A stretch of 32,000 bases of DNA from Candidatus Saccharimonadota bacterium (lineage in GTDB: Bacteria; Pseudomonadota; Gammaproteobacteria; Johnevansiales; Johnevansiaceae): the NCBI RefSeq assembly GCF_000300075.1, contig NC_018677.1, positions 300,001 to 332,000 on the forward strand. The letters are read 5' to 3'. The notes below the pieces were generated by a model that did no database searches, was not told the DNA's origin, and saw only the letters and a program-made list of their open reading frames with translations. Shown here one piece after another: positions 8,749 through 18,377 of this stretch. Position 1 is the stretch's first letter. Each line of letters begins with the position of its first letter. The position numbers and the translations under genes are program-made.

Positions 8749-9880
8749 ATAAATAAAAAAAGATAGTATACAAAAACAAAGTTTTAGGTTGTATAAAGAA
8801 TAAAATGTTTAATAAATCAAATAAGTTAGAAGTATTTGTAAAAAAATAAATTAAAGAATTAGAATTAATTTTATAGAATAAATTGGTATATAAAAACAAA
8901 GATAGTTTGGGATATAGTTCAATTGTTTTCATAAAAATATAATCAAAAAATAAAAGAAAATAAGAAATATTTGGTAAGATAAGTTCTTTATTAATTGAAA
9001 GATTATAAGCACATTTTATAGCCCAGCTTTGAATTTCATGAAATGAAAATCCATTTGATGTGCGTATATAACTCCCATATAGGGTAACTAAATTTTTTAT
9101 TCTTGTTTTGTTAGTTACATAAGCCATAGGTATATGTCCTGTTTCGTTTCTTAAAAGTTTATAATTATATTTTCCTATTATAAGATTTATATTAAATAAT
9201 AATAAAGTATTTATAAAAATTTTATCTTTATCAGAAAAACTAGTCCATTCAAACAAAAACTCATTTATTTTGTTTGGTAATACATACATAAAATTTATTT
9301 TGTTGTATTTAAAATATTTGTTTATAAAAAAATTCATTAAATATGGTTTTTCAAAACCTATAATTTTAGAATATAATTCTATTTCTAGACCAATAAAATT
9401 TTGCCATTTCCAAGGTGAGTAATAAGGTATCTTTAAAAATTTAGGTGTAGTATCTATTGCCCAACTGGCGGTTTTATATGTTTCATTATTTAATTTCACT
9501 GATACATAATTATTATACTCTGTTATTCTAACACATTCTTTATGATATAATTTAATATTAGAACTATGTTGTATTCTGTTTAAAATCTTTTTATAAAAAA
9601 TTATTGATTTGATGTTTTCATATGGAATAGAAGAATTAATTATAGAGCAATATTTTGTTGTTTTGTTTATATAATAAGAATACCAAAATATTTTGCAGCA
9701 CTTTACAAATGCATGGTTTTTAGTTCTCCAACCACACCATGTTTTATCGTTGTTATATATAAATTTGTTTTCAATGAGAAAAATTCTAACGGTATTTGGT
9801 AAAAAACTTAAATAATATGCTAAAGATAAACCAGTACATCCCCCTCCTAAAATTAAAATATCTATATCATTTTTGACCAT
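8741..9880 (-). CDS. crtY: Lycopene beta-cyclase (CrtY-type)
   Basis: N-terminal dinucleotide-binding fold (DILILGGGCTGLSLA). Loose colinearity with CrtY as I remember it. Lies immediately downstream of, and overlaps, crtB. Confidence 0.7.
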   Translation of the reverse strand: MVKNDIDILILGGGCTGLSLAYYLSFLPNTVRIFLIENKFIYNNDKTWCGWRTKNHAFVKCCKIFWYSYYINKTTKYCSIINSSIPYENIKSIIFYKKILNRIQHSSNIKLYHKECVRITEYNNYVSVKLNNETYKTASWAIDTTPKFLKIPYYSPWKWQNFIGLEIELYSKIIGFEKPYLMNFFINKYFKYNKINFMYVLPNKINEFLFEWTSFSDKDKIFINTLLLFNINLIIGKYNYKLLRNETGHIPMAYVTNKTRIKNLVTLYGSYIRTSNGFSFHEIQSWAIKCAYNLSINKELILPNISYFLLFFDYIFMKTIELYPKLSLFLYTNLFYKINSNSLIYFFTNTSNLFDLLNILFFIQPKTLFLYTIFFYLFN

Positions 9881-10730
9881 AAAAAAAAGATTTTAGTGTT
9901 AAAAACAGTTTGTACTGTAAAGATATAAAGATACGTTTATATATCCAATTTGTTTTTGATTTACATATGTTTATATAGATTTTATAGTAGATTGAACTAA
10001 TTATATTAATAAAAACCCGGTTGGTATAACTTAATTGATAAAGATTATTTATACCTTTTTTATAAAAAATTTGAGATAACATAAGTAGTTTTCTAACAGC
10101 ATGAGTAATTTTGATCTGGTTTTTATTTATGGGACTATTAGATAAAAAAATAATTTCTTGTGCACTTGTATTGTTAACCCAACATGCAGGTAAATAACGT
10201 CTGCCTTTAAAAGCATCTTCTAATACATCTCTAGCTATATTAATTAGTTGCATAAAGATCCCTAAATGTATTGCATTAACAACATTCTGTCTCGATTGTT
10301 TTATATTTACTATTGGTAAAATTAATAAACCTATAGTACCAGCTACTCCATAACAATAATATAATAATTCTTTTTCATTCTTTATATTCGCTGGATATTG
10401 TATGTCTTTTATTAAAACATCAATAAATTCAATAAAAATTTTTATATTTAATGATGTATTTTTTTTTAAAAGTTTTATAAATAATGAAATTTTATCTAAT
10501 TTTTCGTTATACTTAGTTTTTAGTTGCTTTAAAATTAAAATAAATCTTTTTAATGATTTTGTTTTAGCTGTTAAATTATTATCAGCAAGTTCATCAAGAG
10601 TTCTACAAATTAAATACAAATTTTGTATATAGGTAGAATATTTCTTTTTTATAAAAAAACTTGTAAAGTTAATATTTTTACTATAAATTTTTACTAACTT
10701 TTTTGATTTTTTAAAAACCGTTTCTTTCAT
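9867..10730 (-). CDS. crtB: Phytoene synthase
   Basis: Squalene/phytoene synthase Asp-rich motifs (CRTLDELAD; ARDVLEDAFKGRRYLP). Confidence 0.85.
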   Translation of the reverse strand: MKETVFKKSKKLVKIYSKNINFTSFFIKKKYSTYIQNLYLICRTLDELADNNLTAKTKSLKRFILILKQLKTKYNEKLDKISLFIKLLKKNTSLNIKIFIEFIDVLIKDIQYPANIKNEKELLYYCYGVAGTIGLLILPIVNIKQSRQNVVNAIHLGIFMQLINIARDVLEDAFKGRRYLPACWVNNTSAQEIIFLSNSPINKNQIKITHAVRKLLMLSQIFYKKGINNLYQLSYTNRVFINIISSIYYKIYINICKSKTNWIYKRIFISLQYKLFLTLKSFFYGQK

Positions 10731-12190
10731 ATAATTAATTTATCTATTATTTTAGCACTTAATAAAACACCAGGAATACCAGCTCCAGGATGTGTACCAG
10801 CTCCTACTAAATAAAGATTTTTAATCTTCTCAGATTTGTTATGAAATCTAAACCATGCTATTTGATTTAAATTAGGAGAAATGGAAAAACCACAACCAAA
10901 TGTACTAAAATATCTTTCTTTGAAAAAAGTGGGTGTAATATAAAAACATGTATTTATGTGTTGTTTAAATTTGGGTAAGAAGTTTGAATCTAATATTGTT
11001 AAAATATATTGAACAAAGGCTTCACATTCATACAGTGACCAATTGTTAAAAAGTTTTAAATTAGGCACTGGGATTAATGCATAAAAAGTAGACGATTTGC
11101 AAAAATGATCAGTTTTATTTGGATGATGTAAATAAATACAAATGTTTTTTTTCTTTATATATTGTTTATAAAAAATATTTTTGAGTGCTTTAGTGCAAGT
11201 ATTATTAAAAAATATTGTATGATGAGAAATATTTGAATAAAAACAATTTACACCAAAAAACAATATAAATAATCCAAAAGAATAATTTAAGTCATATAAT
11301 TTTTTTTTTCTAACTAATTTGTTTTTAAATCCATTTATAATATTTTTATATAAATGTTTAGGTTCAATATTTGAGATAATATAATTTGAATTAATATAAT
11401 GTTTATTATTTAATATTACTGATATAGACTTTGTTGTATTTTTTATAATTGTTTTAACAGATACACCTGTATATATTTTAATTCCTTCTTCACGCATTAA
11501 AAGTTCTAATTGTTGTATTAAATTACCTATACCTCCGTAAGGAAAATGTATACCCCATTTCAGTTCTAAATATAAAATTAATGAATATAAACAAGAAACT
11601 GTATAAGGATTACCTCCTAGTAACAAAGGATAAATAGAAAAAATTTGTTTTAATTTATGATTTCTCATTAAAATATTTATTAATGAAAAGTATGACTTAT
11701 AACATTTGACTTTAACAAAATTAGGCATACACTTTAACATTTGATATAATTTAGTAAATGGTTTATTTGAAAATAGTTTAAAACAAAGGTCAAAAAAGTT
11801 TTGTGAAATGAATAATAGCTTTGTATAATTTTGGAGATCGTTTTTCGAAATAAATTTGATATTATTTTGAGTTGTTGTTAGCTTATTACAATATTTTAAT
11901 GAAGTTTTATCAAAAAAACAAAACTTATACAAATGTTTTATTTCTTTAAAGTAAATATAATCATTAAGTTTTTTACCAAAAAGATTAAACAATTCTTCAA
12001 ATAAATAAGGTGCTGTAATAATTGTAGGACCAGCATCAAAGAAGAAAAGATCATCTTTAAATAGTTGCGCTTTACCACCTATATTATTATTACGTTCTAT
12101 TATTATGACATCAAATCCTTTTTTTTTTGCTCTTAAAGCAGCAGCAATACCACCAAAACCAGAACCAATAATAGTAACTATATTGTTCAT
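10727..12190 (-). CDS. crtI: Phytoene desaturase
   Basis: N-terminal FAD fold IIGSGFGGIAAALRAKKKGFDVIIIERNNNIGGKA and C-terminal LYLVGAGTHPGAGIPGVLLSAK. Confidence 0.88.
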   Translation of the reverse strand: MNNIVTIIGSGFGGIAAALRAKKKGFDVIIIERNNNIGGKAQLFKDDLFFFDAGPTIITAPYLFEELFNLFGKKLNDYIYFKEIKHLYKFCFFDKTSLKYCNKLTTTQNNIKFISKNDLQNYTKLLFISQNFFDLCFKLFSNKPFTKLYQMLKCMPNFVKVKCYKSYFSLINILMRNHKLKQIFSIYPLLLGGNPYTVSCLYSLILYLELKWGIHFPYGGIGNLIQQLELLMREEGIKIYTGVSVKTIIKNTTKSISVILNNKHYINSNYIISNIEPKHLYKNIINGFKNKLVRKKKLYDLNYSFGLFILFFGVNCFYSNISHHTIFFNNTCTKALKNIFYKQYIKKKNICIYLHHPNKTDHFCKSSTFYALIPVPNLKLFNNWSLYECEAFVQYILTILDSNFLPKFKQHINTCFYITPTFFKERYFSTFGCGFSISPNLNQIAWFRFHNKSEKIKNLYLVGAGTHPGAGIPGVLLSAKIIDKLII

Positions 12191-13608
12191 ATTATTTTTT
12201 TTATTAAAGACTTAATTTGTTTAGGATTTGCTTTATTGTTTGAGTTTTTAACTATACGACCTATTATAAAATTTAATAATTTTTTCTTTTTTTGTACATT
12301 ACATTTTTTATATAATTTGATTTGTAATACATTTTCTTGAAAAGTTAAATTTAATATGGTTAATAAATTCTTATCATTTATTTGTTCTTTTTTTATTTCA
12401 TTAATTTCTTGTTCTATATTAGTTATATTTGTTGTCCATAATTTATTAAAAATAATTTTAGCAATATTAACGGTAATAATATTTGTTTTTATATAACTTA
12501 TTATTTTACCTAATACCTTTGGCTTTATTGGATTTTGTATTGTATTTAAATAATATAACTTAAATTTTTCAAAAAGATAACATCTTATCCACACAGAAGT
12601 TAACTGAACATCCTTACAAATATTTAAAGTTATTTCAACAAACTTTGCTAAATCTAAAGTAGTCGTAAAAATTTTAGCTTCTTTAAAAGAAAATCCTATT
12701 TGTACAAACAATTCTATTTTACTATGAGGTAATTCTGGTAGGTTTTTTTTTTGATTTACGATCAAGTTATTTTTTATATTAATGGCTAATAAATCAGGAC
12801 AAATTAAAAACAAATAATCGTTTGTATTTTCTTTTTTTCGTAAAGTATAAGTTTTATTTGTTTGGAAATTATATAAACGAGTTTCTTTAACTACTTTACC
12901 ACCTGAATTTAAAATGTTTATTTGTCTTTTAGTTTCATATAAAATAGCACCTTTTATGTATTTATAAGAATTTAAATTTTTAACCTCTATATAATTGTTA
13001 ATTTGTTTTGTTATTTTATTTCTTATAGATATATTTATATCACAACGCAATTCACCTTTTGATAAATCTGCATTAGAAACATTTATATATTTGACTACCT
13101 GTTGAACATACTTCACATACCGTATAACATCTATATAAGTTAATATACAAGGTTTAGTGATTATTTCAAACAAAGGCATACCTGATCGATTAAAATCAAT
13201 AATACTGTATTTTTTATAATGTATTAATTTACCGGCATCTTCTTCTAAATTTACATGATCTATATAAATAGTTTTATTTTTGATTGTAATTTTTCCTGGT
13301 CCTAAAATAGGCTTTTTTTTTTGACTAAGTTGATATCCTTTAGGTAAATCTGGATAAAAATAATTTTTTCTTTCAAATATAGTTTTATTATAAATTTGAG
13401 TAGTTGTAACTAAACCAAAGCTAACAGCCATTTCTATAGCAGTTTGGTTAAAGATTGGTAAGACACCAGGAACTCCAATATCGTAATTACATATTTGTTT
13501 GTTAGGGTATAAACAAACTTTTGTTGAACAATTAGAAAATAATTTAGATTTTGTAGATAGTTGTATATGAGTTTCTATTCCTATAATAGTGTCCCACGAA
13601 TTTAACAT
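12187..13608 (-). CDS. gatB: Asp/Glu-tRNA(Asn/Gln) amidotransferase subunit B
   Basis: WDTIIGIETHIQL, NLEEDAGK, RCDINIS motifs. Follows gatA. Confidence 0.9.
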   Translation of the reverse strand: MLNSWDTIIGIETHIQLSTKSKLFSNCSTKVCLYPNKQICNYDIGVPGVLPIFNQTAIEMAVSFGLVTTTQIYNKTIFERKNYFYPDLPKGYQLSQKKKPILGPGKITIKNKTIYIDHVNLEEDAGKLIHYKKYSIIDFNRSGMPLFEIITKPCILTYIDVIRYVKYVQQVVKYINVSNADLSKGELRCDINISIRNKITKQINNYIEVKNLNSYKYIKGAILYETKRQINILNSGGKVVKETRLYNFQTNKTYTLRKKENTNDYLFLICPDLLAINIKNNLIVNQKKNLPELPHSKIELFVQIGFSFKEAKIFTTTLDLAKFVEITLNICKDVQLTSVWIRCYLFEKFKLYYLNTIQNPIKPKVLGKIISYIKTNIITVNIAKIIFNKLWTTNITNIEQEINEIKKEQINDKNLLTILNLTFQENVLQIKLYKKCNVQKKKKLLNFIIGRIVKNSNNKANPKQIKSLIKKII

Positions 13609-13621
13609 TATTTATATAACC

Positions 13622-15043
13622 TTACAAACTATTCGGATAGTTTAAATGCCAATGTGTATGTTTTTGATAACAATGAGCTATGTTTAACAATAGATGCTCA
13701 GTAAAATGAGGTGTTATTATTTGTAACCCAATAGGACAATTTTTAACAAAACCAATAGGTATATTAATTGCAGGTAAGCCCGCCAAATTCACTGATATTG
13801 TGTAGATGTCTTCTTGTATATTTAAATTGTTCTTTTTTTGAGTTTGTTTTGCAATATAATTATTTGTAGGTAATATGATGCAATCAACAGTTTTAAAAAG
13901 TTTTATAAAGTTATTATAAATGAGTTTTCTAATTTTTTTTGCTTTTATAAAAAGATTAGATTTATTTAAAAAATATGTTCCTAATAAAATACGAGTTTTT
14001 ACCTCTTTACCAAATCCATTTGTACGAGTATTAACATATAGTTCTTCTATAGTTTTAGGATTTATTTTATAGTAACCATATTTTATGCCATCATATTTTG
14101 ATAAATTAGAAGCAGCCTCAGCTGATGCTATAATATAATAAGCGGAAATTGCTGAGTCGATATAAGGTAAACTAATATCAATAAACTTTATACCTAACTT
14201 TGAAAAAACGCGTATTGCTTCTTGTGTAATACAAGAAACGTTTGAAGTTAGATTTTTAAAATATTCTATTGGCAATCCTATTTTTTTCCCCTTTATAGAT
14301 TTATTTATATATTTTAAATAATTATCAGTTTTAAAATTTATGTTTGTAGAATCAAACTTATCACAACCAGAAATAATATTTAATAAGATTGCACAATCTT
14401 TTACTGTATGAGCCATTGGACCCGCTTGGTCTAAGCTAGATGAATAAGAAATAATACCATACCTTGAAAGAAAACCATAACTAGTCTTTAAGCCAGTAAT
14501 ACCACAAAAAGAAGAAGGTAATCTTATAGATCCTCCTGTATCTGTACCTAAAGAAGCTGGTATTAAACATGCAGATATAGCAGAAGCTGATCCTCCAGAA
14601 GATCCACCTGAGACTAAGTTGAAGTTCCAAGGGTTTTTTACTCGTCCAAAAAAACTATGTTCATTATAAGAACCCATTGCAAATTCATCCATATTAGTTT
14701 TACCTATATTTATAAGACCAGCATGTTGAATTTTTTCAATAAGAGTAGAGTTATATGTTGGAATAAAGTTTTTTAACATTTTAGAACCACATGTTGTTTT
14801 AAGACCTTTTGTACAAAATAGATCTTTAACCGCTATAGGTACTCCATACAACTCATTTGTTTGATTAAATTTACGTAAGAAATCACATTGATTTGCTTGC
14901 TTTAGAGCTTTTTTATAGTCTATAGTAATAAAACAATTTAAATGTTTATTGGTTTGTTTAATTTTAGTTAATAAAAATTTTATTAATTCATAACAAGAAA
15001 AATGTTTGTTTTTTAATCCTTTTATAATATCAACGATTGTCAT
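13622..15043 (-). CDS. gatA: Asp/Glu-tRNA(Asn/Gln) amidotransferase subunit A
   Basis: Amidase signature GGSSGGSASAISA and GTDTGGSIRLPSSFCGITGLKTSYG. Confidence 0.93.
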   Translation of the reverse strand: MTIVDIIKGLKNKHFSCYELIKFLLTKIKQTNKHLNCFITIDYKKALKQANQCDFLRKFNQTNELYGVPIAVKDLFCTKGLKTTCGSKMLKNFIPTYNSTLIEKIQHAGLINIGKTNMDEFAMGSYNEHSFFGRVKNPWNFNLVSGGSSGGSASAISACLIPASLGTDTGGSIRLPSSFCGITGLKTSYGFLSRYGIISYSSSLDQAGPMAHTVKDCAILLNIISGCDKFDSTNINFKTDNYLKYINKSIKGKKIGLPIEYFKNLTSNVSCITQEAIRVFSKLGIKFIDISLPYIDSAISAYYIIASAEAASNLSKYDGIKYGYYKINPKTIEELYVNTRTNGFGKEVKTRILLGTYFLNKSNLFIKAKKIRKLIYNNFIKLFKTVDCIILPTNNYIAKQTQKKNNLNIQEDIYTISVNLAGLPAINIPIGFVKNCPIGLQIITPHFTEHLLLNIAHCYQKHTHWHLNYPNSL

Positions 15044-15050
15044 ATAAATA

Positions 15051-15314
15051 TTAAAAAATATTAGGAATTATTATAAAATAATTATTTTTATTAGGTGCAG
15101 ATCCTATATACGTGTTTAGCTTATTATTGCTTTTTACTTGATCTTTTCGTAACCCAACATAAGTTTTAGCATTTAATGTATTTGTAATCGGTTTAATTTT
15201 TATTAATTTTATATTAACTATTTTTTTTACTATTCTATTTATAAACGTTTTTAATTTAATCTTTTTTGTTTTAATTTTAGATAACCTATATAACAACTTG
15301 TTATTTATTTTCAT
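15051..15314 (-). CDS. gatC: Asp/Glu-tRNA(Asn/Gln) amidotransferase subunit C
   Basis: 87-aa ORF ending 7 nt upstream of the gatA start. Size and position are typical of gatC. The sequence itself is highly diverged and K/I/N-rich. Confidence 0.65.
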   Translation of the reverse strand: MKINNKLLYRLSKIKTKKIKLKTFINRIVKKIVNIKLIKIKPITNTLNAKTYVGLRKDQVKSNNKLNTYIGSAPNKNNYFIIIPNIF

Positions 15315-15378
15315 ATAGCCTTTTCCTTAAAATAATAATATTATATAATATACTTTTTTAAATTTACTCTTATTTTGG

Positions 15379-16017
15379 TTGAATAAATATATGATAGAGC
15401 CTTTAGTAATTGCTTTATCAAAAGGACGTATCCTTTTTAAAAGTTTATCATTGTTAAAAAAAGCAGGAATAATTCCTATAGAATCTGTAGAAAACAATAG
15501 AAAATTATTATTTAATACTAAAAAAAAATATTTAAATTTAATAATTTTAAGAGCTATAGATGTGCCTACTTATGTTAAATTAGGTGCAGCTGATATGGGT
15601 ATTGTAGGGAAGGATGTTTTATTAGAAAATGGGTCAAAAGGTTTATATGAACCGATAGATTTTAAGATTTCTAAATGCAGATTAATGACAGCAGGACTAA
15701 TTGGTTTTAATGTAAAAAATACAACTCGTAAAGTCGCAACTAAATTTGTAAATATAGCAAAGAGATATTATGCAAGTAAAGGTATTAAAGCAAATATTAT
15801 AAAATTATATGGCGCAATGGAATTGGCACCTATTATGAATTTAGCAGAGGAAATTATAGATATTGTTGATACAGGTAATACATTAAAAGAAAATGGAATG
15901 GAGCCAAAAACATTAATAAAAAATATAAGTACTAGATTAATTGTAAATAAAACATCTATGATTATAAAATATAAATCCATAAATCCATTAATAGAATTAT
16001 TAATATCTATTATATAA
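15379..16017 (+). CDS. hisG: ATP phosphoribosyltransferase, short (HisG-S) form
   Basis: ALSKGRI, DVPTYVKLGAADMGIVGKDVL, DIVDTGNTLKENG. About 210 aa with no C-terminal regulatory domain. ATG at 15391 (MIEPL...) is the likelier start than TTG at 15379. Confidence 0.88.
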   Translation: MNKYMIEPLVIALSKGRILFKSLSLLKKAGIIPIESVENNRKLLFNTKKKYLNLIILRAIDVPTYVKLGAADMGIVGKDVLLENGSKGLYEPIDFKISKCRLMTAGLIGFNVKNTTRKVATKFVNIAKRYYASKGIKANIIKLYGAMELAPIMNLAEEIIDIVDTGNTLKENGMEPKTLIKNISTRLIVNKTSMIIKYKSINPLIELLISII

Positions 16018-16032
16018 GAAGGAATAATAAAT

Positions 16033-16461
16033 ATGAAAACTTTAAATGTTAAAATTAATGATTTAAAAACAGAATGGTATATTATAAATGCATATAACAA
16101 AAAATTGGGTAGGTTATCTACTAAAATAGTTCATTTTTTATTAGGTAAAAATAAAGTTATTTATAATAGTTATTTAAATATTGGAGATAATATTATTGTT
16201 ATAAATGCCGATCAAATAAAAATAACTGGAAATAAATTAATACAAAAAAAATATTATTATCACACAGGATATCCAGGTGGTTTACGTAAAACAACTCTAT
16301 TAGAACTGATGAAAAAAAATCCAGAAAAAGTAATTAAACAATCAGTTAAAGGTATGTTACCAAAAAATTCATTAGGTAGATTGATTAGTAAAAAACTAAA
16401 AATTTATAAAGGAAAACAACACCCACATATTTCTCAACAACCTTTAGAATTGTTAATTTAA
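16033..16461 (+). CDS. rplM: 50S ribosomal protein L13
   Basis: WYIINA..KLGRLST, YYHTGYPGG. aagga lies upstream of the ATG. Conserved rplM-rpsI pair. Confidence 0.93.
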   Translation: MKTLNVKINDLKTEWYIINAYNKKLGRLSTKIVHFLLGKNKVIYNSYLNIGDNIIVINADQIKITGNKLIQKKYYYHTGYPGGLRKTTLLELMKKNPEKVIKQSVKGMLPKNSLGRLISKKLKIYKGKQHPHISQQPLELLI

Positions 16462-16487
16462 TTTATTAAAGTATTAAGGATATTTTT

Positions 16488-16871
16488 ATGTATTTTTATG
16501 GTACAGGACGTAGAAAAACAGCTAGTGCAAGAGTATTTCTTAAAATAGGTAATGGTAAATTTATAATAAATAACAACACCTTAAAAAAATATTTTCATAA
16601 CATAAATCTCTATTATCTAATGATTCAACCTTTAGAATTAACAAATAATGTAAACACTTTTAATATTAAAATTACTGTTAATGGTGGAGGTGTTAAATCA
16701 CAAGCTGAAGCTATAAGACATGGAATTTCTCGTGCTTTAGTAGCTTATAATAATAATTTACGTTATAAACTCCGACTAAATGGTTATTTAAAGAGAGATT
16801 CAAGAGAAGTTGAAAGAAAGAAAATTGGTTTTAAAAAAGCAAGAAAATCTCCACAATTTTCAAAACGATAA
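16488..16871 (+). CDS. rpsI: 30S ribosomal protein S9
   Basis: GTGRRKTASARVFL and C-terminal KKARKSPQFSKR. Confidence 0.93.
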   Translation: MYFYGTGRRKTASARVFLKIGNGKFIINNNTLKKYFHNINLYYLMIQPLELTNNVNTFNIKITVNGGGVKSQAEAIRHGISRALVAYNNNLRYKLRLNGYLKRDSREVERKKIGFKKARKSPQFSKR

Positions 16872-16880
16872 TTTTATTTT

Positions 16881-17229
16881 TAACATAATTATGCAGTCAC
16901 TTATAATAAGTTTTTATAAGAGGAAAGTCCGGACTCTTTGAGCAAAAGTGCCAGTTAATTGCTGGGCAAAAATTTTTGACGGAAAGTGCACAAGAAAAAA
17001 TACAATCTATTGGTTTTTATAGATAAAGGTGAAAAGGTTTGGTAAAAGCATACCACGTATTTGGAAACAAATTCGTTATGTAAACCCCACTTTGAGTAAA
17101 ACTAAATAAGAATTTAAAGAGCTCTTTTTTTTTATAAACAATTCTGGTAGGTTGCATAAATATATGTAGAAATATATATATTAGATAAATGACTGTAATT
17201 AAAACAGGATCCGGCTTATTATATGTTAA
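16881..17229 (+). ncRNA. rnpB: RNase P RNA (bacterial type A), boundaries approximate
   Basis: Universally conserved P4 strands gaggaaagtccgg (about 16919-16931) and acaggatccggcttat (about 17204-17219). gtgccagttaattgctggg and gtaaaccccac match E. coli rnpB blocks as I remember them. Putative P1 pairing is taacataat (16881) with attatatgtta (17218-17228). Confidence 0.85.
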
Positions 17230-17256
17230 TAATAAACATTAGATACATAAATCTAT

Positions 17257-18315
17257 ATGACACATAAAAGTTTGTTTTTTAATAAAGCAATTGATTATTT
17301 GATAACTAATAAAGATGGTTTATATATTGATTGTACTTTGGGTTTGGGTGGCCATAGTAAACAAATTTTAAATAGATTGTCTATAAATGGTCTGTTAATT
17401 GCACTAGATAATGACTTAAATACAAAAACATTGGTTAAAAATTTAGAATTCTATTTAGATAAAAGGTTTAGTTTTATCAATATCAATTTTAAGTATTTAG
17501 AAATCATAGCCAAAAAAAAACACTTGTTTGGAATTGTTTCAGGCATCTTATTAGATTTAGGAATTTCTACATATCAAATTAAGGATTATAAAAGAGGCTT
17601 TAGTTTTTTTATAAATGGTCCTTTGGATATGAGAATAAACAATACTTTCGGTATCACCGCTTGTTGCCTTTTAAATCATTATAAATTTAAACAAATCTTT
17701 AAGATATTTAAAACATATGGAGAAGATGAACAGTTGTATAGACTAACAGTAGAGATTTGTAATCGTAGACATCACTTTCCGTTTAAAATGACCTTGGAAT
17801 TATCAAATTTGATAAAAACTTTAAAGTTTACAAACTATCATATAAAACACCAATTAATTAAAACAAAACCTAAAATACAAAAAACATACATTATACATCA
17901 TAAATCTATTAAAATAAAACAAAAATTCATCAAACATTCTAAATCAATTAACACCAAACACATTATAATAAAAGAAAATACAACAAAAAACAAAATAATA
18001 AAAACCAATAACAATAGCATAAATAAAAAAAAGAAAAAACACATACATCCATCAACTAAAATTTTTCAAGCAATACGTAGTTACATAAATAATGAAATAC
18101 AAAACTTGGAAATAGTCATTATTACATCTTTAAAACTTTTAAAAACAAACAAAAAGTTAATAATTATTACATTTAATTCTTTAGAATCACAAATAGTAAA
18201 TAAAGTACTAAAAACAACTTTAAATAAAGTAAATAAAATCTATCCTTCAATTGAAGAGGTATTTTATAACAATAGTTCACGTTGTTCTGCTATATTTATT
18301 ATTCAAAAACTTTAA
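17257..18315 (+). CDS. rsmH: 16S rRNA (cytosine1402-N4)-methyltransferase, with a low-complexity internal expansion
   Basis: DCTLGLGGHS, LLDLGISTYQI, RGFSF..GPLDMRI, HPSTKIFQAIR, FNSLESQIV motifs in RsmH order. Confidence 0.85.
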   Translation: MTHKSLFFNKAIDYLITNKDGLYIDCTLGLGGHSKQILNRLSINGLLIALDNDLNTKTLVKNLEFYLDKRFSFININFKYLEIIAKKKHLFGIVSGILLDLGISTYQIKDYKRGFSFFINGPLDMRINNTFGITACCLLNHYKFKQIFKIFKTYGEDEQLYRLTVEICNRRHHFPFKMTLELSNLIKTLKFTNYHIKHQLIKTKPKIQKTYIIHHKSIKIKQKFIKHSKSINTKHIIIKENTTKNKIIKTNNNSINKKKKKHIHPSTKIFQAIRSYINNEIQNLEIVIITSLKLLKTNKKLIIITFNSLESQIVNKVLKTTLNKVNKIYPSIEEVFYNNSSRCSAIFIIQKL

Positions 18316-18377
18316 ACTTTTTATTTATCTTGAACTTGTATTCTTTTCTATTAGTTTTAAACTCTTTTGGTTCTTTC

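Noticed and set aside
12187-12190. UGA reassignment (stop to Trp), as in some tiny symbiont genomes
   Set aside because: gatB, crtI, crtB and prfA all terminate at TGA at the expected protein lengths. No conserved gene needs read-through of an in-frame TGA, so the standard code fits.
8741-12190. crtI-crtB-crtY as a recently acquired genomic island
   Set aside because: Base composition and codon style are indistinguishable by eye from the neighbouring housekeeping genes. The genes are overlap-coupled to gatB, and no mobility genes or flanking repeats are present. Any transfer must be ancient.
15315-15378. Divergent promoter between gatC and hisG (TATAAT at 15344-15349)
   Set aside because: It is plausible by position. 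However, TATAAT-like hexamers occur by chance throughout DNA this AT-rich, and no convincing -35 element could be paired with it. It is not reportable as a feature.
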